A DNA stretch of 64,000 bases from an uncultured Chloroflexia bacterium (GCA_963810095.1 CAWEMM010000010.1:96001-160000), one strand, 5' to 3'; shown: positions 31,413 through 45,274, counted from the stretch's first letter. Program-made: numbers and translations. The notes: generated by a model not told the origin, from the letters alone.

Positions 31413-32132
31413 TTACGCAGCGGTGGGCTTCATGGCCGAAGCGGCCAGGGTGTCGAGGCGAATGCCCGGCGCCATGGTGCTCGTCAGCGTCACACGCTTG
31501 ATGTAGATGCCCTTTGCGCCGGTGGGCTTGGCCCGGTTAACCGCGTCCATTAGCGCCGACAGGTTGTCCAGGATTTGCTCTTGCGTGAACTCGACCTTCC
31601 CGATGGGCACGTGGAGGTTGCCGGTCTTGTCGACCTTGAACTCCACACGGCCCTGCCGCGCTTCCTTGATCGCGCGGGGCAGGTCGTCGGGCTGCACGAT
31701 CGTGCCGGCCTTCGGATTCGGCATGAGGCCCCGGGTGCCCAGGACGCGGCCGAGACGGCCAACCTTACCCATGACCTGCGGCGTGGCGATCGCCATGTCG
31801 AAATCAAGCCAGCCGCCCTGAATCTTGGCAATCATGTCGTCGAGGCCGACAAAATCTGCCCCGGCCTGCTCGGCAAGCCGAGCGCCGTCGCCTTCCGCGA
31901 ACACGAGGATGCGGACGGTCTTGCCCAGGCCGGCAGGCAGCAGAACGGTGCTGCGGACCTGCTGGTCGGCGTGGCGGGGATCGACGCCCAAGCGGAAATG
32001 GACCTCGATGGTGCTGTTGAACTTAGGGTACGAGACCTGCTTCAGCAGGTCGACCGCCTCAGTCGGCGCATAATCCTTCATGCGGTCGACCAGCTTGGCG
32101 GCGTCCGTGTACTTCTTACCGTGCTGTGCCAT
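31413..32132 (-). CDS. rplA: 50S ribosomal protein L1
   Basis: [23 protein letters not shown]. Confidence 0.98.
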   Translation of the reverse strand: MAQHGKKYTDAAKLVDRMKDYAPTEAVDLLKQVSYPKFNSTIEVHFRLGVDPRHADQQVRSTVLLPAGLGKTVRILVFAEGDGARLAEQAGADFVGLDDMIAKIQGGWLDFDMAIATPQVMGKVGRLGRVLGTRGLMPNPKAGTIVQPDDLPRAIKEARQGRVEFKVDKTGNLHVPIGKVEFTQEQILDNLSALMDAVNRAKPTGAKGIYIKRVTLTSTMAPGIRLDTLAASAMKPTAA

Positions 32133-32165
32133 TGTGACTCCCTTTACCCGGTTCAGCGGCCGGGC

Positions 32166-32233
32166 CTGGTATTAGCGGATGGTGCGCCACCTGTGGTGGC
32201 GCCTCGCCAGCGAAGCTGGCGCATCCTCCCAAA
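32166..32233 (-). promoter_or_regulatory. Putative L1-binding autoregulatory site
   Basis: UGGGAGGAUG...CAUCCGCUAAUACCA in the rplK-rplA spacer. Confidence 0.55.
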
Positions 32234-32330
32234 GTGGGCACGCCTCTATGGACCAGAGGTCCGCCGAGGCGTTGGCGCCGTTTGCGCCTCCGGCTTCGAC
32301 CGGCCAAAGCCGACGGAGCCGCCCGCACCG

Positions 32331-32756
32331 TTAATCGGTGACGGTGATGCCCATGCTGCGTGCAGTGCCCTCGACCATGCGCATCGCCATATCAACGTCA
32401 TACGCGTTGAGGTCTTTGAGCTTCAGCTCGGCGATCTCGCGCACCTGCTTGCGGGTCAGCTTGCCGGCCTTCTCCGAGTTCGGTTTGCCGGAACCCTTGG
32501 GCACACCAGCGGCCTGCTTGATGAGGTCGGGCGCCGGCGGGGTCTTGGTGACGAACGTGAAGGACCCGTCAGTGAAGATCGTGATCTCAGCGGGGATCAC
32601 CTGACCGGCCTGGTTCGCCGTCCGGGCATTGTACTCCTTGCAGAACCCCATGATGTTGACACCATGCTGGCCGAGCGCCGGGCCGACCGGCGGCGCGGGA
32701 TTTGCCTTCCCGGCCATGATCTGCAACTTGACGATTGCCTTTACTTTCTTCGCCAT
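32331..32756 (-). CDS. rplK: 50S ribosomal protein L11
   Basis: [19 protein letters not shown]. Confidence 0.98.
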   Translation of the reverse strand: MAKKVKAIVKLQIMAGKANPAPPVGPALGQHGVNIMGFCKEYNARTANQAGQVIPAEITIFTDGSFTFVTKTPPAPDLIKQAAGVPKGSGKPNSEKAGKLTRKQVREIAELKLKDLNAYDVDMAMRMVEGTARSMGITVTD

Positions 32757-32791
32757 GAAAATGACTCCTATACTATCTCATTGGCGTAGAT

Positions 32792-32824
32792 AAACCTCCG
32801 AGGTTTTGGAAACCTCGGAGGTTT
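32792..32824. repeat. Intergenic palindrome, family D (ACCTCCGAGGT)
   Basis: aaacctccgaggttttggaaacctcggaggttt; second copy at 41458-41492. Confidence 0.7.
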
Positions 32825-32861
32825 CGCCGGCCTCGGACGCCAAGACGCCAACAAAAACGCG

Positions 32862-33578
32862 CTATAGTCGTTCGATTTGCAGTAGGTCGACTTCGACGGG
32901 CGTCTCGCGATTGAAGAACGACACCAGCACCCGCGCCTTGCCCTTGTCGGGATAGACTTCGTCCACCGTGCCGGTAAAGTCCAGGAAGTTGCCTTCCACA
33001 ATGCGGACCTTGTCGCCGACTTTGACCTTGACCTGGGCGACCGGCTCTTCGGCTTCCATACGGCGCATGATGCGGTCGACCTCTTCCTGGCGCAGCGGGG
33101 TCGGCTTGTTGCCAATGCCCACGAAACCCGTCACGCCCGGCGTATTGCGCACCACGTACCAGGACTCTTCGTCCAAAATCATCTTGACCAGGACGTAGCC
33201 TGGGTAGATGCGGCGTTCGACGACCCGGCGCTGCCCTTCTTTGAGCTCAACCTGTTCTTCGGTCGGAACGATCACTTCGAGGATGTAGTTGGTCATGCCC
33301 ATGGACTCGGCACGATGCTCAAGGTTCTTTTTGACCTTGTTCTCGTAGCCCGAGTAACAATGCACGACATACCACGCCGGCTTAATTTGCCCGGCTTCAG
33401 GCGTAGCTTCCTCGTCTTCGGGCGCCTGGTCCTCGTATGGCTCTTCGGCGCCGAGGTCGGCCCCGAGCGCGTCTGAATTGCCCGCGTCGAAAGAACCACG
33501 GTCCAGGTCATACTCAGGGCTGGAGTCTTCGTTCTCGAAGGCCTCGTTCCCGAAATCCTCGTGCATACTTGGCGCCAC
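32862..33578 (-). CDS. nusG: Transcription factor NusG with acidic N-terminal extension
   Basis: WYVVHCYSGYE, YPGYVLV, VRNTPGVTGFVG, KOW domain. Confidence 0.97.
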   Translation of the reverse strand: MAPSMHEDFGNEAFENEDSSPEYDLDRGSFDAGNSDALGADLGAEEPYEDQAPEDEEATPEAGQIKPAWYVVHCYSGYENKVKKNLEHRAESMGMTNYILEVIVPTEEQVELKEGQRRVVERRIYPGYVLVKMILDEESWYVVRNTPGVTGFVGIGNKPTPLRQEEVDRIMRRMEAEEPVAQVKVKVGDKVRIVEGNFLDFTGTVDEVYPDKGKARVLVSFFNRETPVEVDLLQIERL

Positions 33579-33599
33579 ACGATCTTCCTTTACGCCCGC

Positions 33600-33836
33600 C
33601 TACAGGCTGACGATGAACCTGATGAGCTGCGCGAACACAAAGTCCAGGGCGCCCAGGAACGCCGCCATCACGACAGTGACCGCGAGCACGATCAAGGTCA
33701 GGTTTGTCGCCTGCTCGCGGGTGGGCCAGCTCGTCTTGCGGAGCTCGCCGCGCGTGTCCTTGAGATACTCGGTTAGCCGGTCGATCAGCCGCTTGAACGC
33801 GTTGGGCTTCGACTCCTGCGTAAGTTCTTTGCTCAC
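33600..33836 (-). CDS. secE: Preprotein translocase SecE
   Basis: ELRKTSWPTR plus a single TM; synteny. Confidence 0.95.
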   Translation of the reverse strand: MSKELTQESKPNAFKRLIDRLTEYLKDTRGELRKTSWPTREQATNLTLIVLAVTVVMAAFLGALDFVFAQLIRFIVSL

Positions 33837-33952
33837 GATTCCTCCACAGGTCCCTTACGATTCAAGACACCGTTCCGGGTCGGCCGTCTGTTCAACCGCA
33901 TCCAGAGAGCCGCACCGTGACGGTGTCTTGATCATGGAACCGTATGTTCAGA

Positions 33953-34025
33953 CAGGCGTGGCAGGACTTGAACCCGCAACCCCCGCTTTTGGAGAGCGGT
34001 GCTCTGCCAATTGAGCTACACGCCT
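33953..34025 (-). tRNA. tRNA-Trp (CCA)
   Basis: Cloverleaf AGGCGTG...; loop CTCCAAA; GGTTCAAG. Confidence 0.96.
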
Positions 34026-34055
34026 TGGCGCCTGTTTCCAGGCAGGTAAACCCTG

Positions 34056-34226
34056 TTACCGGGTCTCGCGATGCTGCTGATGCTTGCGGCAGCGCGGGCA
34101 GTACTTCATGATTTCCAGGCGACCCTGGGTGTTCTTGCGATTCTTCTCGGTCGCGTACGTCCGCTCCTTGCACTCAGTGCAAGCGAGGGTGACGGTCAAC
34201 CGGTTTGCTTTCTTTGCGGTAGCCAT
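34056..34226 (-). CDS. rpmG: 50S ribosomal protein L33, Zn-binding form (absent from the ORF track)
   Basis: [56 protein letters not shown]. Confidence 0.96.
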   Translation of the reverse strand: MATAKKANRLTVTLACTECKERTYATEKNRKNTQGRLEIMKYCPRCRKHQQHRETR

Positions 34227-34237
34227 AGTAATTCCTC

Positions 34238-34273
34238 ATGTAGGGGCCGTGCTTGCAAGCACAGCCCCTACAT
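34238..34273. repeat. GTAG-type REP / hairpin after tuf
   Basis: atgtaggggc...gcccctacat. Confidence 0.6.
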
Positions 34274-34282
34274 TATGATTGG

Positions 34283-35482
<1,200 letters not shown>

Positions 35483-35598
35483 GAGTGGCAACCTCCCGCG
35501 GATAAGTGACCAGTGAGCGATAAGTCGCCGCCAGGTGTGCCTTCGACGCTATGCGCGAGGCCCATTCATGGCGGCGATAAAGTCCCGATAGCCAAGGA

Positions 35599-35671
35599 AG
35601 CCCACGATCAGATTTGAACTGATGACCCCGTTCTTACCAAGAACGTGCTCTACCGACTGAGCTACGTGGGC
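35599..35671 (-). tRNA. tRNA-Thr (GGT)
   Basis: Cloverleaf; loop TTGGTAA. Confidence 0.95.
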
Positions 35672-35747
35672 AGCCGATACGATTGAAGATCTCGGATTGA
35701 GATGGATCGATGTTCGCCACCTTCAATCTTTGATTCTCAATCGTCCA

Positions 35748-35830
35748 TGGGCAGGGAAGGATTCGAACCTCCGAAGGCTAATGCCATCTGATTTACAGTC
35801 AGCTTCCTTTGGCCGCTTGGATACCTGCCC
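35748..35830 (-). tRNA. tRNA-Tyr (GTA)
   Basis: Long variable arm; loop CTGTAAA. Confidence 0.95.
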
Positions 35831-35857
35831 ATTCAGTTATCAAATGCACCGGGTCGA

Positions 35858-35930
35858 AGCCGACGGCCGGAATCGAACCGGCAACCCTCGACTTACAAGG
35901 TCGATGCTCTGCCGATTGAGCTACGTCGGC
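35858..35930 (-). tRNA. tRNA-Thr (TGT)
   Basis: Cloverleaf; loop CTTGTAA. Confidence 0.95.
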
Positions 35931-36181
35931 TGGTTCGCCCCAGAAGGGCGATACGTTCACCAGACAGCAAGGCCGTCTGCAGGCGGCCGATCGGCGAAAG
36001 CAACCCATTTCCCGGCGCTGCGAAGCACCAGTATATGCGGAGGGGGGCCAAAAGTCAAATATGCGGCCCGGTTTCGCGCGAAAAGGCGCACGCACGCGGC
36101 TCAAGCGACCTTGATCCAGATGTGACGAGGCGGTATTGTACCCGATTGACGCCCAGGCTACAAAAGCAGGGGGTGGTCTTC

Positions 36182-37210
36182 TTAGGGCGTCGTGTTGGCT
36201 TCCCGCTGCAGGCGGGCCTGCCGCGCCGCGGCCAGCACAATGGACCCCGCCACAGCCGCATTGAGCGACTCAACCTTCCCGACCATCGGGATTTGGACCA
36301 GCCAATCGCACCGCTCGCGGGCCAGCCGAGACAAGCCCGCGCCTTCTGCCCCGACGACGAGAACGAGCGGGCCGGTCAAGTCCACCTGCCCCAGTGGTTT
36401 GGCTTCAGGCACGGCATCGAGGCCCGCCACCCAAACCCCGTCGTCCTTCAGCATCTCGAGCGCCTGCACCAGGTTGCCGACAAGGGCAATCTTGAGGTGC
36501 TCGACCGCGCCCGACGACGCGTTTACGACGGCGGGGGTCACCCCCGCCGAACGCCGGCCTGGCAGGATGACGCCCGTAACCCCCATTGCTTCGGCCGTTC
36601 GCAGCAGCGTGCCCAGGTTCTGCACATCCTGCAGGTGGTCGAGCGCCAGGTATAGCCGGTCATCCGGCGCGCCCTGTGCGGCCGAGCCCGTCGCGCGCCC
36701 GGCCGGCGCCTGGAGTTGGTCGAGGGTGACGTAAGGATATTCGGCCGCTTGGGCCACCACGCCCTGGTGGTTGCCGCCCACTGCCTCGTCAAGTCGCTCG
36801 CGCGGGGTTTCGATAACCGGGCAGCCGATCAGCCGGGCGGCGGCGACGATCTCGGCCAGCGTGCCGGTGCGGTCGACGCCTTGCGCAAGCAAGATGCGGC
36901 GCACGTGCCGTCGTCCCGCCCGTAACGCCTCGGCCACCGCATGGCGGCCGTAGAGCAGGTCTTCTTCGTGCCCTGCAACCAGCCGCCCTTCGCGGGGCGT
37001 GGCCGTGCTCGCCGGCCGCGGTTCGCGCGCCCGGCTTTTCGCCGGCGGTCGGGACGCGGACGGCCGGTCCGAAGCCCTCGCGTCCGGTTTGCCGCTGCCG
37101 CCCTTGGGCGCCGGTGCGGGCTCGCGCCGCGCTTTGCCTGCCGGCTTGTCGGCGGGTTTACCCCCGCCTTTCTTCGGCGGTCGCGGTGAAGACGGTTTTT
37201 GATCTGCCAC
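36182..37210 (-). CDS. rlmB: 23S rRNA Gm2251 methyltransferase with K/R/P-rich N-terminal tail
   Basis: LYGRHAV, HQGVVA, NLGTLLR, GAEG, ESLNAAVA. Confidence 0.92.
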   Translation of the reverse strand: MADQKPSSPRPPKKGGGKPADKPAGKARREPAPAPKGGSGKPDARASDRPSASRPPAKSRAREPRPASTATPREGRLVAGHEEDLLYGRHAVAEALRAGRRHVRRILLAQGVDRTGTLAEIVAAARLIGCPVIETPRERLDEAVGGNHQGVVAQAAEYPYVTLDQLQAPAGRATGSAAQGAPDDRLYLALDHLQDVQNLGTLLRTAEAMGVTGVILPGRRSAGVTPAVVNASSGAVEHLKIALVGNLVQALEMLKDDGVWVAGLDAVPEAKPLGQVDLTGPLVLVVGAEGAGLSRLARERCDWLVQIPMVGKVESLNAAVAGSIVLAAARQARLQREANTTP

Positions 37211-37238
37211 AGTCTACCCTGCTATTCGTCGCCCGCGC

Positions 37239-38636
37239 CTACCCCAGCCGCCAGGTGCTGCCCTGCGGCGAGTCCTCGACGATCACGCCGAGCGCCTTGA
37301 GTTCGTCGCGGATCTTGTCGCCCAGCGCCCACTGCTTGGCCTTGCGGAGATCCTGGCGCACCGTCAGCAGCAGGTCGACGAACGGCGCGATCGACTGCGC
37401 CCCGCCCCCGGCCGCCTCAAGCTTGAGCCCCAGCACGTCTGTCAGCGAGCGCAGTGCGGCCTGCGCGCCGGCGAACGGTTCGCCGCTCACGCCCGCGTCG
37501 CGTGCGGCGTTGATTGCGCGCACAAAGTCGAAGATCGCAGCCAGGCCGCCGGCGGTATTGAAATCGCTGTCCATGGCCGCTTCGAAAGCCGCGCGCGCCT
37601 GTGCCACCTGTGCCGCCAGCGTCTCGACCGCGGAGCCTTCGGTCAGCTGCCCTGTGGCGGGCCGCAGCGCGGAACGCAAGCGCTCCAGTGCGCGTTCCCC
37701 ATCAGCGATGACGTCTTCGTTGAAGATCAAGGGCTTGCGGTAGCCGCTGCCCGCGATGACCAGCCGCAGCACGTCTGGCCCGTGGTCGGCCAGGAACTCG
37801 TCGATGGTCACCAGGTTGCCCAGGCTCTTCGACATCTTCTCGCCCTTCAGCTGCAGCATGCCGTTGTGCATCCAGTAGCGCGCGAAGGGCTTGCCCGTGA
37901 AGCATTCGGTCTGTGCGATCTCATTCTCGTGGTGTGGGAAGATCAGGTCGTTGCCGCCGCCATGAATGTCGATCTGTTCGCCCAGGTAAACCAGGTTCAT
38001 CGCCGAGCACTCGATATGCCAGCCCGGCCGCCCTTCGCCCCAGGGGCTCGGCCACTTGGGCTCGCCCGGCTTGGCCGCTTTCCAGAGCGCGAAGTCGCCT
38101 TCCTCGATCTTGACCTCGCTCACCGCGACCCGGGTGCCCGAGACGGCTTCCTCCAGCTTGCGCCGCGAGAGCTTACCGTAGTCCTCGTCGGCATGCACGC
38201 GGAAATATACGTCGCCGCCGGCGACCGGGTAGGCGTAACCCTTGTCCACCAGGCCCTGGATCATCTCGATGATCTCGGGGATCGTCTGCGAGACACGGGG
38301 GAGCGCGGTCGGCGGCAGCACATTCAGCGCCTTGAGCTGCTCCTGGTACTTTTCCGCGTAGTGGCTCGCCAGGTCTGCCGCATCCTGGCCGCTCTTCGCA
38401 GCCCGGGCGATGATCTTGTCGTCGACGTCGGTGAAGTTCATGACGTGGCGAACGTCATAGCCTTTGTATTCCAGATAGCGCCGGATGAAGTCGAAGACGA
38501 TCGACGACATCGCGTGACCAACGTGCGCCTCCGAGTAGACGGTCGGACCGCAGACGTACATGCGGACCTTGCCCGGCTCCAGGGTCTCGAACGGCTCGGT
38601 GGTGCGGGTGAGAGTGTTGAAAACAACCAGCGACAT
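37239..38636 (-). CDS. cysS: Cysteine--tRNA ligase
   Basis: CGPTVY, HVGH, PGWHIEC, FPHHENE, KMSKS. Confidence 0.98.
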   Translation of the reverse strand: MSLVVFNTLTRTTEPFETLEPGKVRMYVCGPTVYSEAHVGHAMSSIVFDFIRRYLEYKGYDVRHVMNFTDVDDKIIARAAKSGQDAADLASHYAEKYQEQLKALNVLPPTALPRVSQTIPEIIEMIQGLVDKGYAYPVAGGDVYFRVHADEDYGKLSRRKLEEAVSGTRVAVSEVKIEEGDFALWKAAKPGEPKWPSPWGEGRPGWHIECSAMNLVYLGEQIDIHGGGNDLIFPHHENEIAQTECFTGKPFARYWMHNGMLQLKGEKMSKSLGNLVTIDEFLADHGPDVLRLVIAGSGYRKPLIFNEDVIADGERALERLRSALRPATGQLTEGSAVETLAAQVAQARAAFEAAMDSDFNTAGGLAAIFDFVRAINAARDAGVSGEPFAGAQAALRSLTDVLGLKLEAAGGGAQSIAPFVDLLLTVRQDLRKAKQWALGDKIRDELKALGVIVEDSPQGSTWRLG

Positions 38637-38655
38637 GCTTCTTACTCCGGAAATG

Positions 38656-39372
38656 CTAAAGCGAATCAGGTTCAGGCGCTGCTGTCGCGGCGGCGCCGGG
38701 TGCGGCCTGCTCGGGGCCGCCACCCACGCCCTGCGCGGCACGGATGACCAACTCGACCGCATCGGCCTGTGCTACCAGGCCCGTGTTGATCACCAAGTGA
38801 TAGAGCAGCGGATCGAGCCAGCGGACGCCATGGTAGCGCGCCAGGTAATCGGTGCGCGACTCGTCCGCGCCGCGCACCCGGCGCCGCGCCTCGCGAGGTG
38901 TCAGATTATGCCAGCGCGCCAGGTTGGCGACCCGCAACTCGACGGGCGCCACAAAGAGCAGGTGGCACACCCCCGGCTGATCCTGCAGCAGCGCCTGCCC
39001 GCCCTGGCCGATGATCATGACGTTGCCCCGCGCCGCGATGCTCTTGATGATGCCACCGATCACTTTCGCCGCGTCCTGCAGGCTGATCGCGTCCATCGAG
39101 ACCGGCGGCGCGTAAACGCCCAACAGCGGATTTCCCGCTGCCGTCACCGCCACCTCGGGGGTCACGCTGCCAAGCGGCTGGATGATCTCGTCGGCCACGT
39201 TGCGCGGGCCCACATACATGAGCCGCTTCAAAAGGTCGGCAGGAATCCCCGCTTGCAGGGCGCTCGCGCGAATCGTGTCGCGATCGACCACTGCCAGGCC
39301 CAGCCGGGCGGCCGCTGCCCGGGCGATCGACTCGCCATCGCTCCCGAGCTGCCGTGATACGGTGAGAATCAT
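38656..39372 (-). CDS. Cytidylate kinase-like family protein
   Basis: [24 protein letters not shown]. Confidence 0.85.
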   Translation of the reverse strand: MILTVSRQLGSDGESIARAAAARLGLAVVDRDTIRASALQAGIPADLLKRLMYVGPRNVADEIIQPLGSVTPEVAVTAAGNPLLGVYAPPVSMDAISLQDAAKVIGGIIKSIAARGNVMIIGQGGQALLQDQPGVCHLLFVAPVELRVANLARWHNLTPREARRRVRGADESRTDYLARYHGVRWLDPLLYHLVINTGLVAQADAVELVIRAAQGVGGGPEQAAPGAAATAAPEPDSL

Positions 39373-39424
39373 ACTTCCTCGTTTAGCCTGGCATGCGGAC
39401 CGGCGAGCTGCGCTGAGGCGATAC

Positions 39425-40495
39425 TCACTTGTTCGGCGCGGCAAAGATCATGCGTCCCACGTTCGTCTGCAGCACCTTGGTGACCAGCACGTCCACCTCG
39501 GCGTCGATGTAGCGGCGACCATTCTCGATCACCACCATCGTGCCGTCGTCCAGGTAGGCGATGCCCTGGTTGACCTCTTTGCCTTCCTGGATGACGCGCA
39601 CGGTCATCGCCTCGCCCGGCAGGACCACCGACTTCACCGCGTTGCTCAGCTCGTTGATGTTCAGCACCTGCACACCTTGCAGGCCCGCAACCCTGTTCAG
39701 GTTGTAATCGTTCGTCACAATGGGCGCGTTGAGCAGGCGGGCTAGCTGGACGAGCTTGGCGTCCACCTGGCGCACGCCGTCCACGTCCTGGTCGATGATT
39801 TTGATCGGGACGGGGGAGTCTTTTTGCATCCGGTTGAGCATTTCCAGCCCCCGGCGGCCCCGGTTCCGGCGCAAGGAATCCGCCGAATCCGCAATGTACT
39901 GCAGTTCGGCCAGGACAAAACGCGGCACGAGCATCGTGGAGCGGATGAAGCCGGTGTGAGCGACGTCGGCGATACGGCCGTCGATGATGACGCTGGTGTC
40001 CAGAAGGAGCGTCTCTTCCTTTGGACCGGTGCCGTTGGCCCCACCGTGGGCCTCAGGATTATCGTCGCCCGCGTCACGCCGGCGAAAGAGCGCAAAGATC
40101 TCGCGCTGGCGCAGCACCATGACCGTGATGCCCAGATAACCAAACACGATAGCAGTAATGGTGGGCAGGATGCTGCTGAAGGGCGGCGGGAGAAACGAAA
40201 GCGGAAAAGCCGCGAGCGCGGCAATAGCCAGGCCGACGACCAAGCCAAGGCTGGCCGCAAGCAATTGGACGACCGTCAGCTCGTTGATGACGCGCCTGAC
40301 CCAGGCGGCGGGCCGCGTGGTCAGCCAGGGGGCAATCAGGGCGCCGATGACGGCGCCGGCGATGGTTAAGGGCAGAATATACCGCGCAGACTGCGCGTTG
40401 AGCGTTGTGGTATCTGCCAGCACTGTGCCGATTAACCAACCGATGATGCCAAAAAGAATGAATCCAAGAATACGGAAAATGATATCGGCAGCCAT
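39425..40495 (-). CDS. Membrane PIN/TRAM domain protein (YacL-like)
   Basis: LDTSVIIDGRI, RGRRGL, TNDYNL, YLDDGTMVV. Confidence 0.92.
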   Translation of the reverse strand: MAADIIFRILGFILFGIIGWLIGTVLADTTTLNAQSARYILPLTIAGAVIGALIAPWLTTRPAAWVRRVINELTVVQLLAASLGLVVGLAIAALAAFPLSFLPPPFSSILPTITAIVFGYLGITVMVLRQREIFALFRRRDAGDDNPEAHGGANGTGPKEETLLLDTSVIIDGRIADVAHTGFIRSTMLVPRFVLAELQYIADSADSLRRNRGRRGLEMLNRMQKDSPVPIKIIDQDVDGVRQVDAKLVQLARLLNAPIVTNDYNLNRVAGLQGVQVLNINELSNAVKSVVLPGEAMTVRVIQEGKEVNQGIAYLDDGTMVVIENGRRYIDAEVDVLVTKVLQTNVGRMIFAAPNK

Positions 40496-40640
40496 TTGGG
40501 CTCACCTCCCTATTCGGTTGAACATGCTCCGTTGCCACTGCACCCGGTAAGAGTAGGACCTCCTTCTGCATGGGATGTATGCACGACGATCGCTTGCCAG
40601 AGCTTTATGATACACGCTCTGTCCCGCGTTTGCAATGGGC

Positions 40641-41441
40641 TTAACGAACGATTCGTACGTCCCCCGGACCGCGCCGCTGGCGTGCGACCTCGAACATCAG
40701 CACGCCCGCCGCGATTGCGGCGTTCAGCGATTCGACCGGGCCGGCCATGGGGATCATCACCCGGCCGGCTGCCAGCCGGTGCGCCTCGGGGCTGAAGCCG
40801 GCGGCCTCGCTTCCGATGCCAAGCGCACATGGGCCTGTCCAATCCAGTTTGTCGTATGCCTCGGCGTCGTGCGCCTCGGCCAACCAGAGGGGCAGCCCGC
40901 CCAGGGCCGTGCTCACCTCATCCCAACTGGCAAGCGCCGCGAGCGGCAGCCGGAAATGCGCGCCCATGCCGCTGCGCACGACTTTCGGGTTCCATGGATC
41001 GACGCAGCCGGGCGCCAGGATGACCTGCTCGACGCCTGCGGCTTCCGCGCTGCGGAGGATGGTTCCGAGGTTGCCGGGGTCACGCAGTTGATCCAGCATT
41101 AAGGCAAACGTGATGCGGGGCGGCGGGGATACGCCGGGAATGGGCAGGACCGCGATGATGCCTTGGGGCGTGACGGTGTCTGTCAGCGTGCCAAAGACCC
41201 GGCTGTTGAGCTCGAGCACGGTTGCGCCGCGGCGCTCGGCCTCGGCCAGCAATTCGGCCGCGCGCGGCTGACCGCGCACCTGCCCGACGAAAAAGAGGAG
41301 CGCGGGGGTTGCGCCTGCTTTCATGGCCTCTTCGACCAGCCGCACGCCCTCGACCAGGCAGCGTCCTTGCTCGCGGCGGCCCTTTGGCTCCAGCAGCGCC
41401 CGCGCCTGCTTCACCGTTGCGTTGTCCGGACTGGTAATCAT
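40641..41441 (-). CDS. TrmH/SpoU family RNA methyltransferase
   Basis: DPGNLGTILR, GSEAAG, ESLNAA. Confidence 0.9.
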   Translation of the reverse strand: MITSPDNATVKQARALLEPKGRREQGRCLVEGVRLVEEAMKAGATPALLFFVGQVRGQPRAAELLAEAERRGATVLELNSRVFGTLTDTVTPQGIIAVLPIPGVSPPPRITFALMLDQLRDPGNLGTILRSAEAAGVEQVILAPGCVDPWNPKVVRSGMGAHFRLPLAALASWDEVSTALGGLPLWLAEAHDAEAYDKLDWTGPCALGIGSEAAGFSPEAHRLAAGRVMIPMAGPVESLNAAIAAGVLMFEVARQRRGPGDVRIVR

Positions 41442-41457
41442 CGGTCGCTTAAAGTAA

Positions 41458-41492
41458 AGACCTCCGGGGTTTCTTGAAAACCTCGGAGGTCT
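41458..41492. repeat. Intergenic palindrome, family D
   Basis: agacctccggggtttcttgaaaacctcggaggtct. Confidence 0.7.
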
Positions 41493-41505
41493 GGGAAGTC
41501 CACGA

Positions 41506-41862
41506 TTACGCCACGGCGGACTTGGCGACCTCGACCACACGGGCAAACGCCTGTGGATCGCGCACGGCCAGGTCGGCGAGGACCTTGCGGTCAAGCGCGA
41601 TGTCGGCGACCTTGAGCGCGTGCTGAAGGCGGCTGTAGGTGATGCCGTTCAGGCGGGCGGCCGCGTTGATGCGGGCAATCCACAGGCGGCGGATGTCGCG
41701 CTTCTTGTTGCGGCGATCGCGGGTGGCGTAGAACAGCGACTTCAGCATCGCTTCATTCGCCCGATGGAACAGCAGTCGCCGGGACATGCGCTGACCCTTG
41801 GTCAGCTTCAAAATCTTGTTGTGACGTCGGCGGAGGACAACTCCACCCTTAGCTCGAGGCAT
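41506..41862 (-). CDS. rplT: 50S ribosomal protein L20
   Basis: [22 protein letters not shown]. Confidence 0.97.
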   Translation of the reverse strand: MPRAKGGVVLRRRHNKILKLTKGQRMSRRLLFHRANEAMLKSLFYATRDRRNKKRDIRRLWIARINAAARLNGITYSRLQHALKVADIALDRKVLADLAVRDPQAFARVVEVAKSAVA

Positions 41863-41987
41863 CTAAAGTATCTCCCTCTGATGGCGGCCGGTTAACCGGC
41901 ACTTCATAGTGGCCATGAGCGTCCGACCTGCGGGACGCGATTCTCAGGTACACGATGCGGCCAGCATCGTGCCGTTTGAGCCATGAC

Positions 41988-42191
41988 TCAGTCGATGTAC
42001 GGCGCGAGCTTCTCGACGCGTGCGGATGCCGCGCTCGCCTCAATCACCTTGGTCACGCGGTACTTGCGCAGCGTGCGTGGGGCCTTGTGGCGCCGCAGGT
42101 GACCGCGGCCCTGGTGCATGGCAACCAACTTGCCAGTGCCAGTGCGGCGGAACCGCTTCGCGGTGCTCTTGTGGGTCTTGATCTTAGGCAC
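41988..42191 (-). CDS. rpmI: 50S ribosomal protein L35
   Basis: PKIKTHKSTAKRF. Confidence 0.95.
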   Translation of the reverse strand: MPKIKTHKSTAKRFRRTGTGKLVAMHQGRGHLRRHKAPRTLRKYRVTKVIEASAASARVEKLAPYID

Positions 42192-42209
42192 AGGACTTCC
42201 TCCGAAATC

Positions 42210-42764
42210 TCACCCGGCCGCCGGCTTTTCCGGCTTTTTGTTGGCCGGATTGGGGCCGAGCATCATAAACAGGTTCTTGCCTTCCAGCAGCGGGGTTGCC
42301 TCGATAATGGCGGCGGCACCCACCTTGGTGGCGAATTCCTCAAGTTGGTCGCGCGCAATCTCCGGATGGGTGATCTCCCGGCCGCGGAAGCGGACGGTCA
42401 CCTTCACCTTGCTGCCTTCGTCCAGAAACGACAGCGCCTGGCGCACCTTGGTGTCGAGATCGTGCTCGCCCGTCCGCGGGCGCAGCCGGATTTCCTTGAT
42501 CTCAACGATCTTCTGGGCCTTGCGCGCCTCGCGTTCCTTCTTTTGCTTGTCGAACTGGTACTTGCCGAAGTCGAGCAAGCGGCAGACCGGCGGTATGGCG
42601 TTGGGCGCGACCTCAACCAGGTCCAAATTGCGCTCGAAGGCCAGCCGCAGTGCGTCCTGAATCTGATAGACGCCGAGCTGGTTGCCCTCTTCGTCGATGA
42701 CCCGCACTTCGCGGACCCGGATCTGCTGATTGACGCGAGTGGATTTAGTTGTTACGGTAGTAAT
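42210..42764 (-). CDS. infC: Translation initiation factor IF-3 (ATT start)
   Basis: VNQQIRVREVRVI, LDLVEVAP, FRGRE; SD GAGGTG lies 7 nt before an in-frame ATT. Confidence 0.95.
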   Translation of the reverse strand: MTTVTTKSTRVNQQIRVREVRVIDEEGNQLGVYQIQDALRLAFERNLDLVEVAPNAIPPVCRLLDFGKYQFDKQKKEREARKAQKIVEIKEIRLRPRTGEHDLDTKVRQALSFLDEGSKVKVTVRFRGREITHPEIARDQLEEFATKVGAAAIIEATPLLEGKNLFMMLGPNPANKKPEKPAAG

Positions 42765-42862
42765 ACGAACACACCTCAGGCAAACTGGGGCCGCCAGGAC
42801 GGCCGGGACCAAACGCGCGCTGTCGCCCGCGACGCACATGCGTTACACGGCGACGAAACGCA

Positions 42863-42891
42863 ACTATAACATAACGGGGGTGGGGTGTCAA
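42863..42891 (-). promoter_or_regulatory. infC promoter
   Basis: TTGACA-17 nt-TATAGT with extended TG. Confidence 0.7.
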
Positions 42892-42925
42892 AAAGAGGGC
42901 GGCTTTTCGTTGCTCAGCCACCCCT

Positions 42926-42983
42926 AACACAAAGACACAAGGGCACGAGGAATTTCCCTTCGTGTCTTTGTGTCTTTGTGGTT
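42926..42983. repeat. Intergenic palindrome, family A
   Basis: aacacaaagacacaagggcacga ... tcgtgtctttgtgtctttgtggtt. Confidence 0.8.
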
Positions 42984-42990
42984 ACATCGT

Positions 42991-44821
<1,831 letters not shown>

Positions 44822-44847
44822 AGTGGCCTCCTTCCTGTACGATCCGC

Positions 44848-45183
44848 TCAAGAAATGGCCCTCAAAAGGGTGCCGACAATAATCGAAATCACGCCGAGCA
44901 GTGCCAGCGTGCCTCACATCGGTGGCTGCAACGCGAAAGAGCAGGACCAAAACTAGCGCCGCCGCCAACAGCGCGGCCCCGAGATATTGGAAAAGCGCCC
45001 ACGACCGCCCCACCACCACCTGCCAGGGTGTCTTCTTTGTCGTCTGCGCCACCACCTGCGGGCCGGAAGGGAGATGTCGCCGCCTTCCACAGACATTCAG
45101 CAGAAAACCATAAAAGCCGCCACCAACACCAGCCCAACGCCCGCCAGAAACGACACCGGGTCCAACCCGAACGGTAGTTGCAT
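44848..45183 (-). CDS. Small hypothetical membrane protein (frameshifted)
   Basis: SD GAGGGAG followed by [23 protein letters not shown]...; a second hydrophobic stretch lies in another frame. Confidence 0.35.
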
Positions 45184-45274
45184 CAGCTCCCTCGCATTTG
45201 GAACTTCTGTTCGGATATGCTAGACTTTGCCCGTATCCACCATGGAGGCGTTGACAATGGCCTAACTGCTTGAC

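Noticed and set aside
33862-33931. 12-bp inverted repeat between tRNA-Trp and secE as a MITE
   Set aside because: Single copy with no target-site duplication; more likely an RNA processing or stability stem
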